Origin: the human T2T-CHM13v2.0 reference genome, Homo sapiens
Direction: 5' to 3' (one strand)
DNA: 64,000 nucleotides
NCBI RefSeq assembly: GCF_009914755.1
Contig: NC_060942.1
The position numbers were made by a program, and so were the translations under genes. The notes under the pieces were generated by a model, which did no database searches, had not been told where the DNA came from, and worked only from the letters and a program-made list of their open reading frames with translations. Shown here in pieces: positions 36,058 to 49,584 of the stretch (positions are counted from its first letter, which is position 1; each line of letters begins with the position of its first letter).

Positions 36058-38175
36058 TGTAATGGTTAATTTTATGTGTCAACTTGATTAGGCTAAGGGG
36101 TGCCCAGATAGCTGGTAAAACATTACTTCTGAGAGTGCCTGCAAGGGTGTTTCTGGAAGAGATCAGCATTTCAATTGGTAAACAGAGTAAAAAAGCTCAC
36201 CCTCACCAGTGTGGCTGGGCATTAACCAATTTGCTGAGTACCCAATCTACTAGCAGCAGACACCAATACTGAGCCCTAGATGTAGAGTCATCCCCTGGGG
36301 TAACCAGCCAGCTATCTGGTGACAGACTGATTCAACTGGACTGCTTCCATCATGGAAGGAACAGACACTCTAGATATGAATTTTCCCTTCTTGTACACAA
36401 CACTTCTGCCAAAGCTACCATCCATGAACCTACAGAATGCATTATCTACCTGGGATTTCATATAGCATTGCTTCTAATCAAGGGACTCAATTTACAGCAA
36501 AATAAGTGTGGCAATAGGCCTATCCTGATAGAATTCATTGGTCTTACTATGTTCCCTACCATCCTGAAACAGCTGATTAATAGAATGGTGGGATGATCTT
36601 TGGAAGACTCAGTTACAGTGCCAGCTAGGTGTGAATACCTCGAAGGGCTGGGGCAAGGTTCTTCAAAGGCTACATGTGCTTCAAATCAGCAATTAATGTA
36701 TGATGCTGTGTCTTTGATAGCAGGATTTATGAGCCCAGGAATCAAGGAGTGAAAATGGGAGTGGTATCACTCATTATTACCACTAGAGACAGACTAGAAA
36801 AAGTTTTGCTTCCTGTTCCCATGACTTTATGCTCTGCTGGCCTACAGGTCTTAGTTCCAGGGAGATAAATGCTTCCACCAGGAGACACAACAATGATTCT
36901 GTTCAGCTGGAAGTCAAAACTGCCACCCAGCCTCTTTGAGCCTCTCATGCCTCTGAATCAATAGGATAAGAAGGGAGTTGCTGTGCTGGCTGGGGTAATT
37001 GCTCCAGGCTACCACAAAGAAATTTGAGTAATACTCCACAGTGGGGATGAGGAAGAGTATGTTTGGAATACAGGAGATCCATTAGGGCATTGCTTAGTGT
37101 TACCAGGCCCTGTGATATAAGGTCAATTAAAAATCACAATAACCCAATCCAAACAAGGCTACTAATAACCCATACTCTTCAAAAAGAAAGATTGGGTTTA
37201 ATCTGAAGTTAAGAACCATGACTAGCTGAGGTGCTTGTTGAAGGAAAATGGAATACAGAATGGGTAATAGAAGAAGGTATAAATACCAGCTATCAAGACA
37301 AGACTAGATACTGAATATAGGAAAATAATTGCCAGGAGTGTTTCCTCCCTATTTTGTTATGAACATGCTTATATGTATATATTCATATATTAAGCAAATA
37401 TCTTTGTTTTCTTTCCTGTCTTATTTCCTTCACAAATAACAAAAGATGTACTGACGCTATATTAGGGTATTTAATTATTGTTCATTTTACATCATCATAT
37501 TTAAGCAACTGCATATCAGAAGAATAAACATCATTCATGGATTTTACCTCCTCTTCTGGGTAAGGCATTAGTTTGTTTTCTGTTACGTGTAGTATAGTTG
37601 TATCATGTCAGGCAGAATTATCTCCTTGTTATTTTTTTTTATTTGGAGATTCAGTATGGTTTAAGAAGTTGCATATGGGTGCCGAGTTAATAAGTGGGGG
37701 ACTTGTGATGGCTAATTTTCTGAGTCAACTAGACTGCGCTATAGGGTGTTGAGATAGCTTGTAAATATTATTTCTGGGTGTGTCTTTGAAGATGTTTCTG
37801 GAAGAGATTAGCATTTGAATTGGTAAACTGGTCAAAGAAGAATATCACCTTCACCAATGTGAGTGGGCATCATCCAATCTGTTGAGGGCCCAAATAAAAG
37901 AAAGAGGTGGAGAAAGGGCAAGTCCACTCCATTTTTGAGCTGCAACATTCATCTTCTCTTGCCCTCAGATGTTGGCACTCTTGGGTTTATGGTCTTCTAA
38001 TTCAGACTGGGACTTACACCATTGGCTCCCTTGGTTATCAGGCCTTCAGGCTTACACTGGACCTATACCAGGGCTTTCCTGAGCCTCCAGCTGGCTGACA
38101 GCAGATCATTGAATTTCTTAGCCTCCACAGTTGTGTGAGCCAGTCCTTCATAACATATCACTTTCTATCTGTCTG

Positions 38176-38221
<46 letters not shown>

Positions 38222-38260
38222 CTATGGGTTCCATTTGTCTGGAGAATCCTGAATAATACA
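36058..38260 (+). mobile_element. Internally deleted MLT2/ERV-L provirus: partial 5' LTR 36058-~36245, integrase/dUTPase remnant, PPT, 3' LTR 37704-38260
   Basis: Both LTRs start tgt(a/g)atgg(t/c)taatttt; integrase-like cccaatctactagcagcagacaccaatactgagccc; dUTPase-like ctgccacccagcctctttgagc; polypurine tract aagtgggggact. Confidence 0.88.
38164..38221. repeat. (TCTG)2(TCTA)n tetranucleotide STR inside the MLT2 LTR
   Basis: Read directly. Confidence 0.97.
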
Positions 38261-39920
38261 GAGGACTAACACCAGTGATAATATCTTAGTTAATGAAAAA
38301 TGTAAAAATAAATATTACAGGTTAATTTTTACTTTAAAATATTTGTCTCATACGTGAAAATGTAATTGATAAAAAATACTTAATTATTTTACGTGAAGTT
38401 TGCACATTGTGATTTGAGAATCGCAATGCAAAGCTCATAAGGCCCCAAATATCTCCTTTACCAGCCCGCCATGATGCAATCCTCCTTAATCACCATAATG
38501 GAAATTTATTTCATTTGATTCACTGTTTTTGGTGAAATATTCAAAAGGGAATATATGCATCAGAGAGGTAAAATTGCCTACACCTTGCCTGAAAGAGAAA
38601 AGACTCTATTCCAAATTAAGGCTAAAGTCAGCTGCATAGCTGGGAGTTCAGGGAAGCCAAATGGCAATGAGAAGAAATTACCAGAATGAAAAAGTGTATG
38701 GGATAAGATCAATGCAACATATTCCCATGTCACTGCATTTTATTTAACAAACATTTGACAGGAAGCAAGCTTCACGCATGTAAATCACTTTAGTGTGCTA
38801 CCTTACAACCCAACACCCTGCCATCTTGCCCTCATTCCTCATGGATCTTCCCCTCCAGAAGTTCAGAAAAGATTTTTTTTTTTTTCTAGCTGAGGTAGTG
38901 ATCAGGAGAGGTGGTATGAAGGAAGTAACAGTTTAATTGGATAGATTCCAATGGGGTCAGGAAAGATATTAAGGAGCAGAGATAAGACATCCTAGAATCT
39001 ATTTTATGAGTGCATGTTACTCACAGAAATGGGATCAAGAATGCCTATAAAATGCCTCTGGGAATGTGTATATTCCAGATTCCTGGATAATAAGTGTAAC
39101 TAAAAGGAAATAAGGAAGAAGGGACAAAAGAAGAAAAGAAAACTAGTATTTGCTAGCTTAAATAAATCAATGTTCTTCTTCAAGTTGCCAATCTCAGTAA
39201 GAATTTTTTAGGCTATTAAAAACAGGTATTAAACTTCCAAATGAATATTAACGAATGGAAGACATTTTTGCAAGATTCAGCTAAACCCTAAATTCTGGAG
39301 CCAATAACAACCACTGCAGCAACTTCATTTATTGTAAAACATGCACACCATCTTATTTAATCTTGATAATTGCCTATAGGTTAAGAATTATTATCATCAT
39401 TTTATTGATGAACTGTCCAAGCTCAAAAGATAGAGACTTGTTCAAAGTCACAGAGCTGATAAGTGTGCTTCCTGATCGGGAAATAATTATGAACCCCAAA
39501 CTAGTAGCTGGGGGTCTCAGCATCAGGTCAAGTTTGCAGCTACTCATTCTCAAGGCCTACACCATGATCGTTTAACATTATAGTGGTTAAAAGGTGGGTT
39601 AAATTATTTGTAGTTTAAATACAAATTTTAGAAATTCTTAGTATAATCATATATACAATTTCTTTGAATCTTGGTTTTCCAATCTGTAAAAATGAGAAAA
39701 CTAACAGAGCCTAATTCCATTGGATCACAGTGAGAATTACATAAGTTAGTTATTAGAATAATCCTGGCACATAGTATACAAGTACTCAATATACGCTTTC
39801 ATTTTTCCTTGGGACTGAGTTTATGACTTGGCTATTTTTTTTAACCTTGTCATCTGAGTTATCCTCTTGACCCCAGCTAACCCTAAGATCGCCATTTTAA
39901 AAGTATTAAAAAGCATACCA

Positions 39921-41075
39921 TATTTTTGTACCTATTAACCATCTACACTTCCCCCCTCTCCCCATTACTCTTCTCACCCTCTGGTAACCATCATTCTACA
40001 CTATATCTCCATGATTTCAAATGTTTTAATTTTTGGCTTCCACGTATGAGTAAACACAGGCAAAATTTGTCTTTATGTGCTTGTCTTATTTCACTTAACA
40101 TGTCCTTCAGTTCCATCCGTGTTGTTACAAATGACAGAATTTCGTTATTTTTACGGCTGAATAGTATTCCATTGTGTATATGTAATACATTTTTAATCCA
40201 TTAATCCACTGATAGACACTTCGGTTGATTCCAAATCTTAGCAACTGTGAATAGTGCTGCAATAAACATGGATGTACAGCTAGCTCTTTGATATACCAAT
40301 TTCCTTTAGAAATATATCTATAACATACAATTTATAAAAATACGATTTATAACTAACCAGATTATTTACAAATGCATGGCAGTGGGGTTGCTGAAATATA
40401 TGCTAGTTCTATTTTTAGATTTTTGAGCAATGTCCATACTGTTCTCCATAGTGGTTGTTTTAATTTACTTTCCCACCAATAGTATATGAGGGTTCTCTTT
40501 TCTCCATATCCTTGCCAGTATTCATTATTGCCTGTCTGTTGAAGAAAAGCCATTTTAACCGGGTGAGATCACATCTCATAGTAGTTTTGATTTGCATTTC
40601 TTTGATGATCAATGAGGTTGAGCATTTTTTCATATACCTGTTAGCCATTTGTATGTCTTCATTTGGGAGATGTCTATTCAGACCTTTTGCCTATTGTTTA
40701 AATTGTATTATCATATTTTTTTCTATCAAATTCTTTGAGTTTCTTGTATATTTTGGTTATTAATCTCTTGTCAGATGGGTTGTTTGCAAAAAATATAGTT
40801 AGAAGAATGAAAAAGATCTAGTACCTTATAGCACAACAGGGTGGCTACAGTTAATAATAATTTATTACATATTTTAAAATAACTAAAATAGTGAAATTGG
40901 AATGTTACTGATACAAATAAATGATAAATGTTTGAGGTGATGGAAACTCCAATTACACTGATGTGATTATTACACATCATATGCATGTATGAGACCATCA
41001 CATATACCTTATGAATATGTATGCCTATTATGTAGCCATAATAATTAAAAGTTTTAAATAAAAATAAAATAAATA
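39921..41075. mobile_element. 5'-inverted L1MA (minus segment 39921-~40788, plus segment ~40789-41075 with A-tail)
   Basis: The minus arm ends at ggtacaaaaata and the plus arm resumes at aaaaatatagttag of the same 3'UTR. Confidence 0.85.
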
Positions 41076-42979
41076 GTAATAAGAAGGCTACAGATAATTG
41101 CTTTATGGTGCATAATGTAAGGCTCATCTAATAATGAAAATGTAAACTAGCATATTGAAACAAATTAGAATTTATAACTCTATGAGTCTAGTATTAATTT
41201 TTCTTCTTTTATTCTTTCTCCAAATTTGGGTCAATATTGAATATTTTAAGGAGTCCTGGTAATAGCAATTATCTTGAGACATATATAAATCACTTCTGAG
41301 TAATTAAAATATAGTTCTTTCTCTTAGAGATTCTCCACTATTCTCAAGGCATCTACAGACTGGAATGATATTTTTAAGCATTTGACCTTATTCTTAACGA
41401 TAGAACTCAAGTGGAAAAAGACAAGCACACACACACACTTAAGCAAAAAATAAAAAACAAAAAACAGAAAGCCCATAAACAAATAAACAAAAATTAAATA
41501 CAAAAATAAACAAAATAGACAACTTCTTTTTGAGGTATTGATGAACCCTCAAATAAAGATAAGGATAATGACGGGTCAATTTTCTTTGTTTTGTATTTTG
41601 GTCAAAAATACAATCTATAACTAACCAGATTATTTATGAATACATGGCATCAGAAGCTGGAGGGCTAGTTAAGATTTTGTACTAACTCATATGAACTATT
41701 ATATGTCTAAAAAGGAACTCAAAATGCACATTTCACCGAATGTGCAGAATTAAAATCAACTTCACCTTGCACTTTTCAAGGCATAAATTATAGAAGCCCC
41801 TCACCTTCTTCATTTTCCTGAGATATAAAATGTGAAATGAACCAACATGGACTGGAACATGCATAGTAGGCATAGGCACTTGTAATTAATGGCCCTGTCC
41901 TTCATCTTCCTGCAATAACATATAGAGAATATGAGCATATGCAATGGCAAACATGGTAGCATAATGATTCAAAAGGACACTGATTTGGGTGTTAGGTCAT
42001 TTGGGTGGGTCTCAATTTCCTCGTCTGTAAAATGAAGTGGTTCCTGATTTTAAAGTTGTATTATTCTATATAATATAGTTGATTTTACAATCCCTAGTAA
42101 TGTGGGTATTTATTCATAAAAGCATTGTATACATTTAAATTTAGATTGCAATATGACATATACTATAAAGCTATTAACTTTATTATATCTTTCTTATGTA
42201 TCATTTTATTTTTAAAAAATCTACTAAGAACATAATAAAAAAATGTATCCAGTAATGAGCAGAACTGAAGAATATGTGATCTTTAAGTATGGAATATACT
42301 ATTTATATGTGTGTGTGTTTATATGCAAAATACATATGTTTATATATGTATATAATATGAAGATGCTGTTTTAAATTGGTATTTAATAAAATATAAGCTC
42401 AAAATTTACCCTAGAGCTGTTAAAAGAACCACTCTCATTCAATTACGCATTCATTTACATTTATGAACCAAAGCAATAAAAGGATACTTTGAAGAAATGC
42501 TTAGTTTTATGATAGAGGCATCTGTTACATTCTTTTCATGGTATAAAGTAACTAAAACATCAAAAGCAAAACTAATATTTCAAATAAGAAAATAAGAAAT
42601 GCCATTGCAAGTATTTGCTATTTATCAAGAAGCTATCCACTGATTGTATTAGATACTATTCCTTTCTGTATAGCTTGCCTGTCATAGTCACCACATGATC
42701 CAGAGAGATGATTGGTCTCACACAGCATCAGCAGGTGTGGGTGTAGCGAAAATTACATGGGCTGCAGAGGCAGGTGACCTGGGTTAAATACCAGGCTTTA
42801 TCACTTATCTGATTGTATTAATAATGTCGCTGGAATGTCTTAAATGGCACTAGAGTTTATTTCCTTTTGTTTAAATAAAGCTAATAACTGTATTTGCTCT
42901 TCTTACATTGGGTTGCTTTGAGTTATGAATAAGAAAGCATTACACAATATTCATCATTACTACAGTTGATATAGTATCC

Positions 42980-43680
42980 CAATATCAAAACTGATATATC
43001 CTTTATCCTGTGGCTAAAGTTTCTTTTATACTCTCCACCACCTATCTAATCAAACACCCAATTCTGTCCATTTAATTTTCTATATATTTCTTAAATTTAT
43101 GCCCTCCTCTCCATCCCAACTACCACCTTACTAAGGCAAGTCTTATTCTCTGTTAGCAGACTTCTCCCTTCTTATGCCACCTAAAGTCATCTTGTAAAAC
43201 ACACGCCAGAATTTTTCCTACCCCAAAACACAATCTGACCACACTATTTTCCATCCTATACCCTTAAGTGATTCCTTGTCAACTAAAGAGTAAAATCCAA
43301 GCTTCAAAAGGATATTCAAAACCTTCCCTAGTCTGACACTCTAGTCTCCAGACTTAAATCATCATCTTCCATCTTCAGCATTTCTAGTCCTTACCTCAGT
43401 GCTCTGTTCATCAATGTTCCTCTGTTTGGAATTCTCTATTCCCTATTGCTAAGTGGCCATCTCCTATTTAACCAATGAGAATTAACTCAGGAACCTTCCA
43501 AGGCATAAGTAAGCCTAGAGGAGACTCACACACAAATCAATTTCTGTATTATAATACACTCATTTATATGTCTGCTTTTTCTAGCCAAAATGTGAATTCT
43601 TAATGATAGAGACTCTTTTTTTTTAACTTTGTCCGTCTAGCACTCAGGAGAGTGTCTCACACATATTAAGCACATTTACT
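42980..43680 (+). mobile_element. L2 fragments
   Basis: cctcctctccatcccaactaccacc, aatctgaccac, taaaatccaagct, tagcactcaggagagtgtctcacac. Confidence 0.6.
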
Positions 43681-45289
43681 ATTGTTGTTTCTACCCTGAA
43701 TAAGAATACATGTTGTTGCTTCTACCCTAAACAACACCTGGGCCAAATAAATGTATAACACCTAAAAGCCAGACATTAAAAATCATTAAATTGAACCAAT
43801 AATGAGCAGGAATATCCATATAACAAAGATAAAGATAATATTACAGAAGTCAATCCATCGCTCTTAGTTTGTAAAAGACAATTTCTTTTTTTAAAGAGAT
43901 ATTTTGAAACTTGTGCTGCTTCCATTAATCATATTTAAATGAAATTAAATATAGCAAATATTAATGTTAGTTACCATTAATATTTTATAAACTAACTGGT
44001 AGTATCAGTTTTGGTAAAAAATTAAAGATTAATTGAAAAAAGTTACATGAAACACAGTGGACAAAATAAAATACTACTAAATAAAGTGAAGATTTAGGGG
44101 TCTTGGGAACTGAGACCCAAATATGCAGTAACCACAGTTGCACATAAACTGTTCAACAATAATCACGTGCCCACCGCAGTCCTTATTGGAAACATTATTC
44201 TTCTGGGAAATTGCTTCAGAATATTTAACCATATAAAGTAAAATGCAGCTGGGTTACAAATACTAAAAGATAAATAGAAAACAAAAATTAAAAAGTCAAT
44301 AATACAGTGTTTTTAAGTATTCACTGCCATTAGAATTCTTTCTATTCTCATTGATTAATAATTTAAAACATCTATACCTAGATTGGTGTTTGATTGGCCT
44401 TTCATTTTCTATATAGCTAATCCCTTAACACTTCCTCATGGGTCTCATTTTCCAAGCTCTTTATCATCATTTCAGCCCTCTTTGGAGCTCTAATGTTATT
44501 AGTTGTCCTTTTAAAATGCGGCCATCAGCAAGTAGAAAATAAATATCACCTAACTTCATTCAGTGCAATACATTTAGTCCTTAGATTAGTTAATGTGATT
44601 CCCTGCTAGTCTAGTGAGTTAATTTGCATAATAATAAGTAATCAGTAAATGACATAGTCCAACTCAACTATTCGTTTTAAGCACTTCTATTCACTGTTCA
44701 ATTTTTCAATGCTTTATAATCATTTTTGTTTGATTTTATTCACAATAAAATTGTGAAACAGGTCAATATTAAACTCACTGGAATCTAAGCTTTTCACATA
44801 TTCTATATAATTAAGCTTTTATAGCCCTCCAAGGAAGAAGAAATGTAGTGTCACTTCAAAAGGTCACACAGAAGTGATGGAACAATCCTGAGGACTACAA
44901 AAGATTGCACAGATTGAACAGAACTTTACTATGAAGTTCACTTCATAGCCTTGGGGTAAAGCAAGTATTGATCCAGATGCGGGAATCCTAGAGCACTCTA
45001 CATTTGGATTAAGATTGCAGGAAGAATCTCTAAAGTGAAATTCCAGACACAGTCTCCTTCGCAATTAAAATGATTCTGCTTTCCTATCTCAGCCTCTATA
45101 ACTGTCTTCAATCAAATTTCCCACTAATTCTGTTAGTGTTTCTTCTGCCATGTGATTTGAATCCACCTCTGAGCACTAACTCTCCTAACCAATGTTCAGG
45201 TTCAGGCCAATGTCACTTCATCTAAGGATCGCTTAGTTTAACAATTTATATCAATATTGAAATGCTCCACATTTTGGCTTCTAAAATAT

Positions 45290-46710
45290 CCCCTTCTTAT
45301 CTAGTTACTTTCATTTTCTCCTTGGGTATATGTTTCTCCACAAATTCCTTTTATATCACTTGTTCCTAATGGATTGTTATTCTGCGAGGTGACATATTTC
45401 AACTCTCTCCTCATTCTATGCTCTCCCAAGGTGATCTTATCAACCACCACAGCTTCAAGCAGCACTTTTGCTCTGAAATCTTTAAAATGTCTCTCTCTCT
45501 CCATCCTGTACCTTTCTTCAGAGCTGACACATGTCCCCCGAATGCCTATTAAATATGTCCAATGGACACTGCATGTGCACCGTAAACTACACGTCAAAAC
45601 CTGCTTCTTCAAATGTTTCTCATTCTGAATCTTAGTAAACGGATTCGTCATCCACTTAGGCAACAAAGCCAAAAATCTTGGAGTCATTCTAGAATGTTCC
45701 TCTATGCTTTGCTTTCCATATTCAATAAACCTTTGTATATTTCCTCAAAGTATTGAGAAACATCTATGGACGAGATAGTAAGCCAGGTGTAAGGCATACT
45801 GCAGTGGACAAGGTAAACATCATTCTTATATTCACAGAATGTTCACATTAATGGGATATAGAAAGGTAAATATGCTATTCATATTGTAGGCTATGTGAAT
45901 GGCACTCCCAGGAGTTTGGCAATATATTAATACAACCTATGGAGGTTAGATAGGTAGTCCTGCAAATACAATGTCAAAAGAACAAAAATAACATGTTCAG
46001 TAATTTTTTGTACTATATCTCTGCTTTTCTTTCTCATTGTCAGTTATTTGATTCCAACTGTCAATATTTTCCTCCTGGATTGCCACAATAGCTCTCTAAC
46101 CGGCATTCTCTCATTACTTTTTTCTAGTGCCTATCCTATTCATTCACCAAAACGTTGCCAGAATAATTTTTATAAAATTCCAAGCTGACCACAGGCTTTC
46201 TAAAATTCTAAGCTGACCACTAAGCTCTTTCTATTAGACAATCCGAAGTCCTTAAAATGACCTACATTTACTGGTGGAGCCGCTTTATACTTCATCCCTT
46301 CACACTTGTTCTCTGCTGCAGCCATGCTAAGCTCCTTGCAAATACCCATGCCAGGTACGCTCTCTCATGGCTCTGTGCCTTAAAACATGCTTACCCCTCT
46401 CCCATACATAATCAGAATAACTCCTACTTGCCATTCCACACTCACCTCTGGCATCAATCTCTCTTTAGAGTTTTCCTGAAGAATCATTACAGTCCCTCAG
46501 CACCCTTCCTCTGTTCTTTCATTTCACCCTCCTGACCATATGTCCCTCATATCACTTACAGAATCAGACTGTAACCACAAGTTTGTCCCCACTGTTAGAC
46601 CATGAGCTTTTAAAGGGCAGGAATCTTGCTCTTCTCATTTACATATTTTTGCTTCCTACAACAGTGACTTGCATGTAGGAATCCTTTAGTAAATATTTGG
46701 AGAATAAATT
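45290..46710 (+). mobile_element. L2 fragments (with a short opposite-strand L2 piece at ~45730-45890)
   Basis: ccaaaaatcttggagtcatt, ttagaccatgagcttttaaagggcagg, tagtaaatatttgg. Confidence 0.6.
46173..46230. repeat. ~28-bp tandem duplication
   Basis: taaaattccaagctgaccacaggctttc / taaaattctaagctgaccactaagctcttt. Confidence 0.85.
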
Positions 46711-47159
46711 AATTGGTGGCAACTAGTTTATCCTGCAAAAGGATGTCATGTTCTTCCTCAATGCCATGAGGAAGTGATAAAATCATACTGAGGTCAGAAT
46801 GGACAATGATTCCCTAGCCTGAGACCAAGTCATCTTCCCTATCTGCATTCCAGGCCCTTCATAGTGTCTAGCAAGAGACCCCTTCTGAAAGAAATAAAAT
46901 GGTAATCTTATATTTCCTTCAAAGTTCAAGCCTCAGTTCCTCTAGGAAACCTATTTTGACTCTTACTTCAAATAGCATTTTCTTACTTAAACTCTTACTG
47001 TTTTAATACGAGAATAAGTATTGTCTGTACTTGTTCTAAGAAACTTTTCTATGTATGTGTATCCTCTTTCTCAAAATTAAGTATCAAGAGCCTTGTGAAT
47101 AAAGACTGTTATTTCTGAGTTGTCTCTGCTACCTACTCCATTGCTGCAAGTATGCCAAG

Positions 47160-47375
47160 TATTTTTAATTGCATAAATTTAAGATGTACAACATGATGTT
47201 TTGTATACCTATCCATAGTGAAATGATTACTCCAGGTAAGCAACTTAACAGAGCCATCACTTCCATGTGGTAAGAACATCTAAAATTTACTTTTAGCAAA
47301 TTTTCAATAGATGATATGATATTATTAGCTCTAGTACTCCTGCCGTTTATATCTCTAGATGTATTTGTCCTTCAT
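47160..47375 (-). mobile_element. L1MA 3' end fragment
   Basis: aagatgtacaacatgatgttttg...catagtgaaatgattact. Confidence 0.7.
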
Positions 47376-49125
47376 AGGTGCTAAGTATTTACTATGTTCT
47401 TTTTGAAGACAATAATAAAAATAATATCTCTTGATTCTTTTCCCAATGTGCTATCAAAACTTCTCTCACAAATTTAACTATTTTCTATCTTCATCTTATT
47501 TGATTTCTCAACATTGTCCATTGGAGCTGCCTACACTCTCCTTCAAAGGTGGACTTTGCTTAGCTTTCATACATTACACCCTTCTGATTTTTCTTCTGCG
47601 TCTTTGGCTATTCCTCAGTTGGCTGTGGGAAGCATTCTTCATTTACTAAGCCATAAATTATTAAGTGCATCAGGGGTATCTTCTTCTCTTCTAGGCTCAT
47701 TTATCATCTTAACCCTCACAAGCAGCCCAAACCATCTGTGCTTCTCAACTCCATTGTAACAGAGGTAGAAAAGTCACTTCATTCTGTCTAATATGTGCAA
47801 GAATATGTTTTAATAAGCATCGTTCCCAGAGTAATACTGAATAAGGGAATAAAAAAAAGAAGAGCAAACTATCGAATAATTTTAGAAAAAAATTTAATAG
47901 ACACATAGCATAGAAAGAGCATTTCACGATTATTTAAACTTCATAAAGACAGGTTTACGTGGAGGGCAGGGAAACTTAGGAGTTATTTTGTTCTGTAAAA
48001 TGTAACACAGTGCACAGTGAATCAGATCATGTCATCAAATATAAAATCATTTGTGTTTATGTAATTTGGCTTTAAACCACTGAGGAGGATATTTGAACAT
48101 TTGCCACAGCAAAAGTTGTAGCAGCCTCCCTCAGGCAGGAGTGCTTAGGTGTCGGCTAATGTCCAGTGACTTGCTTAAAAGAGGATAAAACAACACACCC
48201 CCAGGCAAGCCAGAAGATTTAAATAGAGCCAATTTAGGAAGCATAATGCCTTAGCAAATTCAGAAATTAATCCAGATTAAGACATTTTGCTTTAAGGATC
48301 TATGTCAAAAAACAAGTTCTACAACTCTGACTTAGAGGTAAGGGCTGGGGAAGGCACTCAAAAGGTATATTCCATAAAAACCCTCATATGTTCCAAAGTA
48401 CACCTTCAAAAATCATAGAGCAAAGTCACCAGCATGTGTTATCTCAAACTAGCAGAAGTTTAAGCTTAATTAAAAAAAAGTCAGCTGGGAATGGGAGAGG
48501 GTTGTACTTTATTCTAATATTAATATAAAGAATCTAAACATTTAGATATGTCTGAAATATGTTTTTGTCTTTTGTATGATATAATTTATGATAAATCATT
48601 TCTTAAAATAATTAATCCACAAACTTCATCCAGGACCCTCACACTTAACAGTTATTTAGTGTCCACAAAGAAAATTACTGATCAAAGTCCCCAGGTCTCC
48701 AAAGCAAACTGAAGAATTTAATTGAAACTTTATCTTTACTTACACCTATCCATCTAGGAGAAACTAGATAGTGATCCTTTTATAGTAGAAAATTGTGTAC
48801 CGAGACTGAAACTGTCACATCTGAGCTCAACAAATTCCCAGAGAGATTCATACAAATAGATTATATACATGAGAAACATTAACTCAAGTGATTCTCCGGA
48901 TCTAAAAACACCCACAGCTTTGAGACACGATTCATTTTGCTATTATTCCTGAAATCATATGTTATAAACACACAATATGCTTGGTGATAAGTTTCTTGGT
49001 ATCCTCTTATTGGATTTGTTTATAATATTTTTATTAACAATAATGTTTATCTGCTATATGCATAGGTATTTTTTGTGACCTTCATGACCAACTCAAAAAT
49101 TCTGGAAATTGTAATGTGATCATAC

Positions 49126-49409
49126 CTTGCTTCCATTTTCTCTCGCCTCTCGTTCCATCTTGAGGTCAGAAATTAGAAGATTCTTATACTTGTTTTTCCC
49201 ATTACTGTTGTGATCATCTATTCTGTATTCCGAAGTTAGCTGCGCAGAGAGGGGACTGTCACTCAGGTTCAGTGGCTGTTCATCTTGCTCCAGCCCAGTT
49301 TTGCCATCACTGTTGGAGTCTCCCATCTCCCTGCTGTGTGTTCCCCCTGAAGCAATTGAACTGTGCCCCAGAGTCTCATTGCCATTAAAGCTCTCTGCAG
49401 CAGAATCAT
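49126..49409 (-). CDS. NOL4: Internal coding exon of nucleolar protein 4 (284 nt, phase 1 in, phase 0 out)
   Basis: Minus strand reads ...cttttcctttccaacag|ATGATTCTGCT...GGAAGCAAG|gtatga, i.e. a polypyrimidine tract plus AG and a GT donor. Translation (D)DSAAESFNGNETLGHSSIASGGTHSREMGDSNSDGKTGLEQDEQPLNLSDSPLSAQLTSEYRIDDHNSNGKNKYKNLLISDLKMEREARENGSK matches my recollection of human NOL4. ORF 49120..49326 is part of it. Confidence 0.93.
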
Positions 49410-49584
49410 CTGTTGGAAAGGAAAAGTTATATTTTGATTTTAATTAATATGCTATTCAGAGTCTACTTCAACTAGCATTTATTGAGCTCCCATTATATGA
49501 ATGGCATTTTACATACAATATGTAATTCATCCTCAGCAATAAGCTTGTAAAGCAGTTATTGTTATTTTTAATCTAGTAGGCACA

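Noticed and set aside
49120-49326. 68-aa ORF as a stand-alone small gene
   Set aside because: The Met is internal to the spliced NOL4 exon and the stop lies in the intron donor
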